From assembly GCF_018350175.1 (NCBI RefSeq), contig NC_058368.1:47432001-47496000 (forward strand): a stretch of DNA of 64,000 nucleotides, in the 5' to 3' direction. Below the pieces are notes generated by a model that saw only the letters and a list, made by a program, of their open reading frames with translations, did no database searches and had not been told where the DNA came from. Position numbers and translations under genes: made by a program. The stretch comes from Felis catus (lineage: Eukaryota). Shown here piece by piece: positions 1 to 13,906 of the stretch. Within the stretch, counting starts at the first letter, position 1. Each line of letters opens with the position of its first letter.

Positions 1-682
1 CTCGTGATTTTTTATTGAACCTTATTAAATGTTAGCTATATGTTAATATAGAATAGATAATGGATTGGCTGCAACTTAATCCTCAAAGCCAGAATGTGTG
101 GCATGTTGACCTTTTAAGCCTGATTTTTGTCAAAAATGCATTCTGAATTACAGATTAGGTTTTGGATAAGTTTTTGGTTCAGTTGGATAGTTGACTACAG
201 AAAAGCAGCAGTGATTACCATTCATAATTATTTTAAGGATCAACTATTTTATGAACCTTTGTAGGCACTTCTGTAGTTAGTACTTGGTTTAGTTTCACTT
301 CATTCGTAAGTAAAAGTAAAGACCTATGATAACTCTTAAAAAAGATTTTTACTTGGGCATGGTGCATCACTGATGAGTATTAATTGTGAAATTTCTATAC
401 TTCATTATTCTACTGTGACTTTTTTCCATTATTATGTAATTTCAAAAATCACCCAAATGGAAGATTTGGGTATTTTAAAATAGATATGGTCCAGTCAGTT
501 GGTTTTATGATTTGATTATCATTTGCCATTTAATTTACTGGTAAAGCCAAATTTTAAAATATGAGCTTTAAAATACTTTTGTATTATAACCATTCACATT
601 ATTTTTGAAGCTGACAGTTGTTAGCATTGTGATGAACTATTTTAGTTTGCTTTTACTTATAGGTTCACTTTCTTTTGTTAAG

Positions 683-789
683 ACTCCAGGGAAATTTAGA
701 TGGTCTATTGATCAACTAGCTGTAATAAATCCGGTAGAAATAGACCCAGAAGACATTCATCGTCAAGCTTTATACTTAAGTCATTCTCG
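683..789 (+). CDS. BORA: BORA (Aurora A activator) exon 3, [36 protein letters not shown]
   Basis: AG at 681-682, GT at 790-791; 107 nt; translation matches the conserved BORA N-terminal region; the start codon exon lies upstream of the window. Confidence 0.97.
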
Positions 790-3741
790 GTAAGTTTTCT
801 TTTCTTGTGTCTAAGTGTAATAACATACTTTCAAAGGGACATGAGAAATTCCAGTGATTGAATATATTTATATGTAAAGATATCAGGGAAGAAAATTTTT
901 GATAGACATTTATTGTATCTAAATGAAGAGTAAATTCAAAGAACTATATCCAGAAAGATTCTCTTGCTAACAGTTCTAAACCTGAGTAGGAACCTTTTTT
1001 TTTTTTTTTTTTTTTTTTTAAGAGATAATCTTCCTCTGCTACTTACGGGACAACTGTGCTTTCCAGCACTTGGTAGAAGGAAGAACATTTTGAAATTTGT
1101 ATCATTCTACATGGTTGTGGCTTCTCCCATTAATTTTTGTATTGTTTATTTTTTTGGTGGTAGGGTAAAGCAAAATATTCTTTCATTGCCATCTGTGTTT
1201 GGGGAAGCTTAAAATCCCTTTACCAAGTTAAGACACATTGAATGAAAGGGTATCCGTTAGCAAGAGAGAGCTTTTTTAGACATTATCCAGCTTTGATATA
1301 GGACCCTTAGGGATCTGAATTACATCGTGTTGAAGTCAACCTAGTAATCAGAGCAGCCTTAACTTGTTTCTAAGCATAGTGTGCCCCAGACTTGTGTTTT
1401 GTGCTGCGTGATGATGTCCAGTGTAGTGAGAACGTGCACTTCTTTGGTGCAACAGACCTAGCTTTTTGATTGTGATTTACTGTAAACTCTAATTATAAAT
1501 AATAGCCTTTGTCAGTAGTTTTGGAGGATTCTTGTTAATGTCAGTTTTATAGTTTGATTTTTTTTTTTTTAATTTTTGAAACAATTGAGTACTGGTAAGA
1601 CCAGCTTTTATTTTTCAGTCCCAAGGTACATGTGTTGTCAGTCCACAATAATGGACAATTGTTTACCTCTTAACTTCAGAATTCAGTCACACAAAAATGC
1701 ACACCTGATAAGATGTTTTTGCAAATACTCGTCTGGATGTTTCTGCCCCTTCCTCTCTTGGCTCAGTAACTTGATGACCATTCACTCATAATTCATGTCC
1801 ATCCAAAGTGTAGTAGAAAGGGAAAAGAATGGGGACAGCATTAAAGATTTTTAATTAAATGTAAATAACAGTTTTGAAGAGAAGGTGAAGAAAAAGAATA
1901 TCAAAAAGCAAATGAGTTACAAATTAGGCTGATTTTTTTTGTTTGACGCAAAATATATGCTTTATTATTTGCCTCTTGGTATACTCAACCATGGATAGCT
2001 ATTAATCTATCAGTTATGAAGTCTTTATTTAGCACGTTGAGCAATACTGAAGTAGGATAGGCTATTATTCCCATCTAGAGAATCAACAATACAATTAACC
2101 AAAGGTGTGACACAACATTTCTATATTTATTAATAAATGATGTATTGTTTAGGTAGGTTTATGGAAAGAATCTTGGTGTATTTCAGTAGATAGATTCGTA
2201 ATACAAAAGAGGGGAAAAGAGTGGTAAGACCCTAATTTTAATTACTATTGTAATTCAATGTATGGTTATTGCTTCTACCAAGGATAATGAGTACATTCTC
2301 AACAAAATGTGTTGATTCATTCTTAGAAACAGTGGCTTCCAGTGTCTCTTCCTGTGTAATATGAGTTCCCAATTTCAGTGCTTCCCACCCTTTTGATACT
2401 GCTACACATAAAAAATGATAACTGTAAGACAGACGAGTGCAAACAAATAAGTCTGGCCATACGGGAGGTTAATAATCCCGAAAAGGCCCTCCCTGACTCA
2501 GGGTCATTGAAGGCATACCAGTAACCTATATGCATCATGCCAGTGTTCTGTGACATAATGGTCTGGATACTCGGTCCTATATGACTTCTTAGAACCTCCC
2601 GTGATCAGATTCTACAATATTTGCCTAAACCGATATTCACTGCTTCTAGCAGTCACTTGACTATTTCAGGTTCTTAAAGTCCCTCTGATGAAGCAGCAAA
2701 ATGTTTCTGAATGAGGTAATACTAAATCAGAGCTAAATACTCTAAATACTAAATACTACATGCTGTTATTATTATGCACTGTCATTTTGACCTGGTTGTG
2801 TTCATGATAAGGTAAAGAAAACTGATTTATTTGCCCTCCAGATGGCTGTTGTTCAAGCTGAGATGTGTGGATTATCATTGTAATCTAATTTCTCATAATT
2901 CCCTTACTTGAAAAATTCATTTGATTTTAGTTTCTGAAACATACATTCTTATATAATTTTTGTTAAGCCACAAAAAAATATATACATGAAAATTTTTGAG
3001 AGAAAATAAATTGTTGTAAAAAGAAGAAGTGTTTTACTAATTTATTGACAGAAAGCAAATGTTCTCTCCTGGAACAGATGTAAGAAGTCCTACAAGGCTA
3101 ACTGCTCTGTTCTTAGCAGGTCTGTGCCCGGTATTTGAGACCTGACATGTTACGTAGCTGATAAATTTGTGTTGCTATATTGCATATTGTATCAAAGTGA
3201 AAAAAATTCATTTAGACAGAATTTTACATTGTCAGTATTTTATTTCATAAATAAAATTTTTGCCTCTTTATTCAGAACTGTAAGGATAATCGTTTCTTTT
3301 CTTCTATTTCAGAGTAAGAGTTCATTCTAAAATTATAGCTATGATAAACTTGCAGTAATTGAAGAAAAAGAATTTGGACAATTTTTAGATTTCTGTAGAA
3401 TGAAATACTTCTTAATTTGTGATGGTTAAAGGATGAGGTTTATTCAGATTACTTTATGTTGTAACTGGTAATTTAAAAATTATATCACTGTAAGCCTTTT
3501 TAAAGAAAATACTCTTCCATTCACACTGAATGGAAAAGAGGGAGGTAAGCCTAACAGCCAGTGCCAAATATCTAAATACTGTCATTTACTAATGCGATAA
3601 GATACCAGTTTTTCTTTAAGATGAGCTTAACATTTGCCAGTTTTCAACAGAAGGAAAGTATTTCTTTGAAAGCTTATTATTTCAAATGTTCAATCAGCTG
3701 AAGTAATGGCATGGTTATTTTTCTCCTTTATCTCTGTATAG

Positions 3742-3787
3742 AATAGATAAAGATGTGGAAGACAAAAGACAAAAAGCCATTGAAGAG
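3742..3787 (+). CDS. BORA: BORA exon 4, IDKDVEDKRQKAIEE
   Basis: AG/GT boundaries; 46 nt; phase continues from exon 3. Confidence 0.96.
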
Positions 3788-5956
3788 GTAACTTAAAACT
3801 GTTACTGATCATTAAGCCAGTTAAGCGTCAATTCTGCATGCATGTCCCCTCTTTTAGGATGACTTCCTTCAATCATTTGCCATTCCAGATCCCCACCAGC
3901 CTGGCCTGTCCCCAGCTTTGTCAAGCTCCCTTCTGTGCACCCGTAAGACGATGTTGTTCATCCATTCCCCTGCCTCTCCTAGAGCGCTGACAATATTGTA
4001 ATGATTGGTTTAATACTTCTCTCCCCTAGACTAAGGGATTTTTTTGGCCAATATTGTACTTCGTTTGTCTTTTCATTCTCCGGGCCTAGCACAGTTTGTC
4101 TTCCTTGTGCCTTCAGAATACTGATGAGCACAAGCTTTGGTTTCAAGTTGGAGTTTACGTAGAGGAAGTTGAATATTTTCAGACCTGAAAATCTAGATTG
4201 GCATTGGTAATGGTTTTATCTGTTAATTTGAATTTTTAAGACATACAATATATTTCATGAAATAAAATACCTTACTGAAAAACAGAAAAAAGTATATTCC
4301 AAATGTAGGGTCTGTGGGGTTTTTTTAATAAAAATAATAAACTAAGTTTTTCACTTGCTCCTTTGTTTAATGAATTTCTCTTAGAGCGTAAATAAGGATT
4401 AGCAATCTAGTTATTTCCCTTTATGTCATGGCAACATTTATTTTTCCTTTTTCCCTTGCTAGCCCCCTCTGCTTCCCTCTATTCATTAGCTGTATTTGGC
4501 CCTTCTGCACCCCAAAGACTTCAGCTGTGGAGTGTTTCGAGATCCAGTGATGTTCTCCCCCTCCTGCACTTACTTTTCTAGTGTCGATATTTTCCCTTTG
4601 TGTTTCAGATACAGCCTATTTCTTCAAAAACCATTTCACATACTGTACTGCTCTCAAACATTATTTACTTCTTTATCCAGAAACTTCAGAATTTGCCTTC
4701 TGATCGAATCACTTGACTCCACCACAGTTAGATATTCTCAGACTGGTTCCCATTTCCCAACATTTTAGGAAGTATGCTTTCCCTTCTGAATCCTCAACTT
4801 TAAAGGGAAATTCAGTAGAAAATACAAGAAAATGAAGTCAGACTGAAGATTAGGGTCAGTGTATCTGAAACAAATATATCAGAAACAAATTAAATATTTT
4901 TAAATGTATAAGTATTTGAAAGAATAAATACATGTAGGTAGTAAAAACAAAACAAATTTAGACTTCAAAGAAAAATTATAAAATGAAAACGAAGAGCTTC
5001 TTGTTTCCCATCTTACTTCCTGAAAGTAACTGTGATATTTATACTTTCAGATTAATTTTATATATATAATAGCCAATGGCCTTTAACAGTTTTGCATAAA
5101 TAGGATCATCATTCTCGTATTGTTTTACATCTAGCTTTTTTGGCTTAATAATGTTAGTTTTTTTTATTACTATTTTTTATTTTTTATTTTTATTATTATT
5201 AGCACATTTGATTTTAATAATAGTGTAGTATTCCTTTGTATGAATGTGTCGTATCCTAAGTCAGCCCCTATTGATAGATGTTTAGGTTGTGTTTGGTGTT
5301 CTATCACAAATAATGGTTCAGTGAACCCACTTGTACACATCTTTGTGTAATTGAAACATACTTGCTAAGTCAGAGGCTTTGTTTGTAATTTCAGTTTTGA
5401 TAAATTTTGCTATACAGCCCTCCCAAAAGGTGGTAACAGTTTTTACTCCAGGCCGCATTATGGTACTTTCTGTTTTCTCATTATCTGCAATACTGATTAT
5501 TTTCGAACCCTTAATTTGTGTTATTCTTAACACTTTAAAAATTTCATCTTGTTAATTTGGATTTGTATGTCTTTCATTTTGAGTCAACTAAATACATTGC
5601 TTCATTAGTCTATGGGTCCTTTATTTTTTTTTTTTTTTCTGGGAATTGTACGTATCATAATCTCTGCCACCTTCCCCTCTTTCATATCTTTCCTCGTGTC
5701 AAGGAAATTAGTTCTTTATCGTATGTATGGCAAAATATAAAGAAAATGTTTTGGGGGTGAGTCCCACGTTGGGTGCAGAGATTACTTTAAAAAAATTACA
5801 TCTGTAAAAAAAAAAATACAGGAAAGAAAATGTTTTGAATTCCCTCTAAAACAGAGACGGAAGAGGAAAATCTTGTAGTAGGCTTTATTTTATATCTGGG
5901 ATGAAAAAAGGAAAGATACGTATCCAAATGCTTTATCTCCATTTGAGTATACTGGC

Positions 5957-6350
5957 CAGTGGTGTACCAGTTAATGTTTAACAACTGGCCCTTTGGTTGT
6001 GGTAAGAGTATGAGTTTTAGAGACTTCTGCTGTCTGTAGTGTAAATACTCCAACCATGGCCGGTTTTGAGACGTGACATCACTGAATGATAAAACAAGGG
6101 CAGTGGTGCACCACTATATGTGGGCGTTACACCATACTGATGCAAAAGACATAATCTCAAGAGCATGGGTCCTCATAAGTGTAAAATAATTAACAGGTAA
6201 TGAGTTGGGGCATATATTACCTTTATTTTTGATATAATTTAATTGTAACTTTACAAGTTTTTAACATTAGCTTTAACAACTGATGCACAAATTTCCTGAA
6301 AACTTACTAGATTTTGAGAGCCAGTGTAAGCCAGTTGCAGCACACCATTC
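5957..6350. mobile_element. Ancient hAT DNA transposon remnant (Arthur1-like)
   Basis: Ends CAGTGGTGTACCAG and CAGCACACCATT form degenerate TIRs; family name from recall. Confidence 0.55.
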
Positions 6351-6712
6351 ATACTAGCTTACCTGTATACATCTATCTACATTTATTTCTTTCCTCTTCA
6401 TCCTCCCTTTTGTCATCCTCACCTTCCTCCACCCAAGTTGGGAGGAATTAAAAATATTTTCTGCCCTTCGATTAATATTGAGTAGTTGAAATATTTAAGT
6501 GGTTGAAATATTAACATTTCTCTTTCTATATATACTGTAAATTTCTTCTATTTCACCTTTGGTCATTTGTGCTTTTAAGTATTAAAATTTTCAAATGTAA
6601 CTATAAAGTCTGTGTAACATGTTTGGTGATTATTTGATTATTTGAAAATAACAGATACTTTTTATATTTTGGGAGGTATTCACGCCTAATTGTATGACTT
6701 TAATTTTTCTAG

Positions 6713-6794
6713 TTTTTCACAAAAGATGTCATTGTACCCTCTCCTTGGACTGATCATGAAGGGAAACAGCTTTCAGAGTATCATTCCAGTAAAT
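6713..6794 (+). CDS. BORA: BORA exon 5, FFTKDVIVPSPWTDHEGKQLSEYHSSK
   Basis: AG/GT boundaries; 82 nt; contains the conserved VPSPW CDK1 site motif. Confidence 0.96.
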
Positions 6795-6949
6795 GTGAGT
6801 TGTACTAAAAATCATATGAATAGATAAAAATCATAGAATCATAAAACTCAGTGAATATAAAGCAATATATAGTAAAGTGTCCACTTGTCTGCTTTGGTAA
6901 GGGGCTTGATACACATTAGATTTCTGGATACCAGAAGATTTAACCTTTT

Positions 6950-7200
6950 AAGGATCAAGCTTCCAAGTAAGGAATGAGCAAGTCACGAGAATAAAAGGCA
7001 CAGCATAGAGAATACAGTCAGGAATACTGTATTGGTATTGTATGGTGACAGATGGTAGCTATGCTTCTGAACACAGCACAACAGAGTTGTATAGAGTTGT
7101 CAAATGCACAGAGCCCTCTTTCCCTGGCCCTCCCCTGCTCATGCTTGCACACGCTCAGTCTTTCTCTCTTTCTCAAATAAATAAACTTAATAAAAAAAAA
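6950..7200 (+). mobile_element. Old L1 3' UTR fragment joined to the 3' half of a SINEC
   Basis: L1-type ...GTATGGTGACAGATGGTAGCTA... then SINE GCACAGAGCC, CT-rich tract, AATAAA and poly(A). Confidence 0.6.
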
Positions 7201-7739
7201 ACTGTTTAAAGGTTACAGTTTAAAACATGATTAAAATGTACTGAGTTCTTATTTGGGGCCATTTTATTCTGATTTAACTTTTTCTTCATGACCGTTGTGA
7301 ATATCAGTTATGGTGGTTGTAGAGGATTCATTGATGCAGAAATAGTTGGTATTGAATAAAGAACTGAGTTGTTAATGATTTCTGCCCAATTTTCAAGGTT
7401 AATTTCTAAAACGAGATTCTTAAATTGCTTTGCTTTTTGCTAATTTACTGATTTCTTATAAAGGTAGAGGAGGTATGGACACTTGACCTCTAGGGCAAAA
7501 GAATATAGCTGATTATCTTCAATATTGGTAAGGAAATTGAAGGACAAGCCAGGAATCTTTCAAATATTTTTCCACCCCCAGGAAATGGTTGTATTTGCTC
7601 AATGTCCTTTGAGTTGTGAGCAATGTTAGAGTATTATACATATAGGCTCATTTTCAGTGAAGTTGCCCACTCTTTTATGTAGCATGCATTAATTATGCTC
7701 TCAGTATAAGAGAGACTGTTTCTTTCTTTAGCAAAAACG

Positions 7740-7970
7740 CAACAATAATAGGTAAAATGGCTTGTGCCCTACAGTGCTAAGTACTCTCAGTAATTCCTTA
7801 CAGCAGCTCACCTGCGGTAGGTACTATTATTAGCCTCGTTTGATAGATGAGAAAACCTCGTTTTAGAAAGGTGAAAGCACTTGTTCAGCATTACAGAGAT
7901 GATAGAAGTGGTAGAACCTGGATTCAAAACTAGGCATTCTCAGTTGGATTCTGTATTCTCAGCCATTATA
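7740..7970 (-). mobile_element. MIR remnant
   Basis: MIR core-like GTAGGTACTATTATT...AGATGAGAAAAC...GGATTCAAAACTAGG. Confidence 0.6.
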
Positions 7971-8920
7971 ACCCGAAGGTCGCGTGCAGTAGTAGATGGA
8001 GACCTGGGCTGGGAGACCTCCTGCTACTTTAAATCTGTAGGGCTGATCTGGATCAAATTATTCAATCTCTTTAGACCTCAGCTCTTTACTTGTGAAACAA
8101 AGGAATTGAACGACATAGTTGTCTGTTAATGTCCCTCCCAGCCCTAAAATTTCTATCCAAGGTGACATTTTCATAGACACTACTTTTATTTTGGGTTTTT
8201 GAACAGATGAATCAGCCTTCCTATGTGGTCTCTATACTGTGTTCAGAGGCAAGAATGGTTTTGTTTATTCACATTGGCTTATACTGTTAACTTTTACTAT
8301 TACTAATACTTATGCAGCAAGGCACTTCAATGAATATAATCATGTGTTTTTATTTATGGTCTTCAGTGAGATTTTCTTTAGATTGTACACACAGGCTGAG
8401 AATCTCTAGAGTATAGGCTATGTGTTTCCCTGTTTTGACTAGGCAGTGCCCCCCTGCTCTCCAGAATGACTGCACAGTCTACACAACCAGTAACAGTGCC
8501 TAGGATTCCTGTGTCCCCGCAGCCCAACATTTGGCATTATCCATCTTTCACATGCTTGCCTTTCCTATGGGTTGTTTGACATTCTAAGTGATTGTTGAAA
8601 TTTTCATTTCTTCATATACTAATGATCTTTGAAATTTTCTTTCTTGTAAAATACCTATTAATAATTTATTGGTCATATTTTTAGTGGATTTGCTGTCTTT
8701 TTTCTCTTGTTAATGTCTAACATAACCTTGTATAACCTTGTATAACATAGTTATATTGGTTCTAAACATTTGAAATACCATCTCTCATTCCGCCATATAT
8801 ACACCATTTTTGTTCTTCATGTCTTTGGTTGCATAGAAATTCTTATTCTGATGTAATCAAAGCCATCAAATTTTTTTCTCCTTTTATTGTGTTCTTAAGC
8901 TTATTTAAAAAGTCCTTCTA

Positions 8921-9860
8921 AAGACATTTGCAAATGACATATCGGACAAAGGGCTAGTATCCAAAATCTATAAAGAGCTCACCAAACTCCACAACGAAAA
9001 ACAAATAACCCAGTGAAGAAATGGTCAGAAAACATGAATAGACACTTCTTTAAAGAAGACATCCAGATGGCCAACAGGCACATGAAAAGATGCTCAATGT
9101 CGCTCCTCATCAGGGAAATACAAACCAAAACCACACTCAGATATCACCTCACGCCAGTCAGAGTGGCCAAAATGAACACATCAGGAAACTATAGATGCTG
9201 GAGAGGATGTGGAGAAACGGGAACCCTTTTGCACGGTTGCTGGGAGTGCAAACTGGTACAGCCACTCTGGAAAACAGTGTGGAGGTTCCTCAAAAAATTA
9301 AAAATAGACCTACCCTATGACCCAGCAGTAGCACTGCTAGGAATTTACCCAAGGGATACAGGAGTACTGATGCATAGGGGCACTTGTACTCCAATGTTTA
9401 TAGCAACACTCTCAACAGTAGCCAAATTATGGAAAGAGCCTAAATGTCCATCAACTGTTGAATGGATAAAGAAATTGTGGCTTATATACACAATGGAGTA
9501 CTACGTGGCAATGAGAAAGAATGAAATATGGCCCTTTGTAGCAATGTGGATGGAACTGGAGAGTGTGATGCTAAGTGAAATAAGCCATACAGAGAAAGAC
9601 AGATACCATATGTTTTCACTCTTATGTGGATCCTGAGAAACTTAACAGAAACCCATGGGGGAGGGGAAGGAAAAAAAAAAAGAGGTTAGAGTGGGAGGGA
9701 GCCAAAACATAAGAGACTCTTAAAAACTGAGAACAGACTGAGGGTTGATGGGGGGTGGGAGGGAGGGGAGGGTGATGGGTAATGAGGACGGCACCTTTTG
9801 GGATGAGCAGTGGGTGTTGTATGGAAACCAATTTGACAATAAATTTCATATATTGAAAAA
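8921..9860 (+). mobile_element. 5'-truncated young LINE-1 (felid type): ORF2 C-terminus, 3' UTR and poly(A)
   Basis: ORF 9013..9636 is the ORF2p C-terminus with [18 protein letters not shown]; perfect 14-bp TSD AAAAAGTCCTTCTA at 8907-8920 and 9861-9874; TT/AAAA target. Confidence 0.95.
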
Positions 9861-10087
9861 AAAAAGTCCTTCTAGGGGAAAACAAAGAAACACTTGCAAA
9901 AGATTTGAAAAGCATAATAGTGCTGCAGTAGGTGTCTTTCTAATCTAAGAAGGTCAGAGGAGGAATGCTGTTGGAAGATAATTTAAGCTGAGACTTAATT
10001 AGCCAGACTCAGCAAATGAGGGAGGAAAGTCAGAATAGTATGAGAAATACCTAAATGTGAGAGAGAAGCTGTTTGTTTATTTATCTT

Positions 10088-10269
10088 TAAATTTTTTTTT
10101 TAATGTTTATTTTTGAGAGGGAGAGGGAGGGGCAGAGAGCAAGGGAGACACAGAATCTGGAAGCAGTCTTCAGGCTCTGAACTGTCAGCACAGAGCCCAA
10201 AGTGGGACTCAAACTCAAGAACCTGAGCTGAAGTCGGACACTTAATTGACTGAGCCACCCAGGCACCCC
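10088..10269 (-). mobile_element. Can-SINE (SINEC)
   Basis: tRNA-derived head GGGGTGCCTGGGTGGCTCAG on minus strand, CT tract, A tail. Confidence 0.9.
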
Positions 10270-11232
10270 AGCCACCTGTTTTTTTAAGATGTTCAAATAA
10301 CTAGTGTTTAGTTGGAGGACGACTGTGCTAGAGACAGAGACAAGGTTTGGAAGGGCTTCCTACGGTGCTAAGGTGTTTGGACTGCAGACTGAAGGACATA
10401 AGAGTTTTCGGCAGCATAGTGCCTTGATTATATTTGTTATAGAAGGTCACACTGCTTATAGCAAAGAAAGCATTTGAATGTAGAATTTCCTTTTTTATTT
10501 ATTCTGATAGCATTTAATAGGAGGCTTTAATTCACTTGCCCGTCCACCCACTTACTCATTCACCCATTTATTTATTTAGGTTTGTTAAGTTACTATATTT
10601 TGTAATGTTGTTTTAAGCTTTCTGGAGTTTTTTTTTCTTCTCCGTGCCTTTTCCTCCCTTTTATTTTGTTTATATTAGTCATTTTTTTCATTGTGTGTTT
10701 GTTTTTTTATCTGATTATTTTCAAGTTACAAAACTTAGTAGTCATTAACTTTCAGTTAAAAATATTATTTTCACTTACTTTTGACTCCTGTTATGAAAAA
10801 AAAAGAACTGAACATGGTTTTATCAAATTTTAGGTTTTGTCAAAATGATCTGGCATTTTAATTCAGACAGTTTATCTAACCCATATTGCAAAAACATTAA
10901 GCAACAGAGGACTTGAGGACCTTGAGGTATGCTAACGTGCATCCTCAATCTTTTAAGGTTAACATAATGGAGAGTAACCGCACTTTCCTTAAAAATTGTT
11001 ACTTGGTGCCTCCTTATTTGCTGTGGCAATCCTTTAAGTTTTATCTTTGTGCTCCCTCAAAGTTAAAAAACTAACAGAAACATGCCAAATTATTATATAT
11101 GCAGACATTTATTTTTTAAATGTTGTAAAGTAAAAGTTTTCACTCTGTTCATTTTTTTTAAGCTGGAAAAAGTAATTCTAAAGTAAATGAAGAATATAAA
11201 ATATAAGATTTGACACTTAAAATGTTTTACAG

Positions 11233-11298
11233 GTATTAACATAACTAGTGAATCTCCAGTTGGAAGAAAGCTTACCATCCATGCTGAGAAAAGCAATG
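11233..11298 (+). CDS. BORA: BORA exon 6, CINITSESPVGRKLTIHAEKSN
   Basis: AG/GT boundaries; 66 nt; phase consistent. Confidence 0.95.
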
Positions 11299-11485
11299 GT
11301 AAGTATAAATATAATCTAAAATGAAGAATGTTCCACATTAAACTACATTTGATTTTAAATTCAGTTTGTGTGATAACATTTTACTCTGGAATTGAAATTA
11401 TTTAATTATGAATGAACTATAGGAAAGCTCATTTTAAAAAATAATCAGAATAGATATATCCTGCCACTTTTAGAAATAGCAGTAG

Positions 11486-11486
11486 T

Positions 11487-11518
<32 letters not shown>

Positions 11519-11717
11519 TTTAACATTTTTATTTATTTTTGAGAGACAGAGCATGAGGGGGGGAGGGGCAGAGAGAGAGGGAGACACAGAATCCAAAGCA
11601 GGCTCCAGGCTCCGAGCTGTCAGCACAGAGCCCAACACGGGGCTCGAACTTGCGAATTGAGAGATCATGACCTGAGCCGAAGTCGGATGCTTAACCAACT
11701 GAGCCACCCAGGCGCCT
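11486..11717 (-). mobile_element. Can-SINE with (TG)n at its tail
   Basis: SINEC body 11520-11717; (TG)n 11486-11518. Confidence 0.9.
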
Positions 11718-11825
11718 CAGTGTGTTGTTTTCTTGTTCAAAGCATGTGAGTCGTTTTCTGGTTTGGGACAGCATTTAAAAAAAAAAAAAAATGTATGCAG
11801 ATATTAGGAAATCTACCCCCAAATA

Positions 11826-12154
11826 CAGGTGACCCTTGAACAACTTGGGGGCTTGGGGTACCAGTGCCCCATGTAGTCAAAAACCCATATATAACTTTTG
11901 ACTCCCCCCCCAAATTTAACTACTAATAGCCTACTGTTGACTGGATGCCTTATTAATAACATAGTTGATTAACACATATTTTGTATGTTATATGTATTAT
12001 GTAGTGTAGTCTTACAATAAAGTAAGTTAGAAGAAAATGTTAAGATCCTAAGGAAGAGAAAATACATTTATAGTACTGTACTGTATTTATTGAAAAATGT
12101 GCACATTTAAGTGAACCCATGCAGTTGAAATCCATGTTATTGAAGAGTCAGGTG
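11826..12154. mobile_element. TcMar-Tigger non-autonomous element (Tigger2a-like)
   Basis: TIRs CAGGTGACCCTTGAACAAC and GTTATTGAAGAGTCAGGTG, both flanked by TA. Confidence 0.85.
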
Positions 12155-12169
12155 TATAGGCTGGCTGGC

Positions 12170-12378
12170 TTTTTTTTTTAAGTTTATTTATTTTGAGAGA
12201 GAGAGAGAGAGAGAGTGAGAAGGGTGCTTGCAAGCATGGGAAGGGCAGAGAGAGAGGGAAAGAGAATCCCAGGCAGGCTCTGCACTGTCAGTGCAGGTCT
12301 TGATCCTATGAATTGTGAGATCATGACCTGAGATGAAATCAAGAGCCAGACATTGAATCGACTGAGCCACTCAGGCGC
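12170..12378 (-). mobile_element. Can-SINE
   Basis: SINEC body; TSD TAGGCTGGCT. Confidence 0.9.
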
Positions 12379-12646
12379 TTTAGGCTGGCTTCCTTTTTGA
12401 TTCCAGCACCAACAGTACAACCAGGAATTAACTCTTGGCGTTATCAGGTTTATATCAATGCTGGAAAGTGGGGGAAACTGCTTAAAGAAAGTTGGCATGT
12501 TAGTTAATAGAATACATAAATGAAATCATTCAGTTTGGCTGAAACAGCATGGGGAGATGGTTGATTGGGAAGCACATGCTAAATTGCATGTAATATGCTT
12601 GCATTGATTTATCTATGTTTGTATTTATTTATCTGCTTGCTTCCAG

Positions 12647-12703
12647 CTGCTTGTCAGACATTGCTGTCTCTTCCTGTGGATTTTAATTTAGAAAATGTAT
12701 TAG
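12647..12703 (+). CDS. BORA: BORA exon 7, AACQTLLSLPVDFNLENVL
   Basis: AG/GT boundaries; 57 nt. Confidence 0.96.
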
Positions 12704-13117
12704 GTAAGTATTGTATTTGTTTAAACCTTTAATAACTTAAATAGAAGGTTTTATTTTGATGGCTTTTCGTAAATGGAAATAGGTGGCAATGTCTCTAAAG
12801 AAGTGGGGAAACCATCCTGAACTTTCTCCTTTTAGCATGGCCTTAATTAGCCTTTTTGTGATAATGAATTTTACTGTAGACATAAACTATTCATGGGCAC
12901 ATCTTATTGGTATTACCTATACTAATCATGAAGTACTCAAAAAAGAATAATTTCAGATTTCCAACGTCACATATGCAATTAAACCTTGCCCTCTTTTTTG
13001 AACAAAATTCAAACATACAGTACATGCTGGTTTCTTAAAAAAAAATCATATAACTGAAGCATAATTGCTCTTCAAAATGACTAGCTTTGCCTTTTATTCT
13101 GTTAACATTAAATATAG

Positions 13118-13344
13118 GTGACTATTTTAGAGCTGATGAATTTTCAGATCAGTCTCCTGGAAACCTCAGTTCTTCATCCCTCAGAAGAAAGCTATTTTTA
13201 GATGGCAATGGAAGTATTTCTGACTCCTTACCTCCAGCTTCTCCCAGAAGTCCTCGCAGTGGTGCTCAAGCCTCACTTGAGGTTTTTTATTCGATAGATT
13301 TATCTCCTGTACGGTGTAGGAGCCCTGTGCAGACCCCAAGTTCG
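13118..13344 (+). CDS. BORA: BORA exon 8, GDYFRADEF...SLRRKLFLD...VQTPSS
   Basis: AG/GT boundaries; 227 nt; within ORF 13087..13383; RRKLF cyclin-docking-type motif. Confidence 0.97.
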
Positions 13345-13906
13345 GTAAGAAGTGCACTAAAAGTGGTGGTTAGTTTGCTATGAGATGGACCTCGATGCTC
13401 ATTTTACATTCCAGGAATGGTTGTTGTGGATTTTATATTTCATGAGGATTAGGCTAGCTAGTTCACATTTTGTCGTTAGGAGTGTTTTGGGTCAGATTCT
13501 GTTTCTGATCTAGAGGTATATGGGATGACCAGATTTGTCACGAGTCTCTAGAAATTTCAGTGTAAGTTGTTTACTGAACTATGTAAGATTCTCAGTATCC
13601 CATAACTGGATTGCCATTAATGGAGTAATTTAAAGTTGTTCATAAACAGCTGCTAGGATGAAATAGAATGGTTTGTTTAAACACTGCATTTATATTTTAT
13701 TTTGGTTAATAGACTCTATTTCAAAATTTTTGTAACAGTCTTCTTAATTGTCCTTGCTATGAGATGCCTTGCCTTTTGGTGGATGACCAAACTTTATATG
13801 ACCTATTTTATAAATGTGTTTTGAAGATAAAGATAAATAACATATGGTGTATATAACAAATTAAGAAAGAGAACCATGTGATTTCATTTATTTATTTTTA
13901 TCACAG

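Noticed and set aside
9013..9636. 207-aa ORF as a standalone gene
   Set aside because: It is the ORF2p tail of a 5'-truncated L1 with a GTG start and no promoter.
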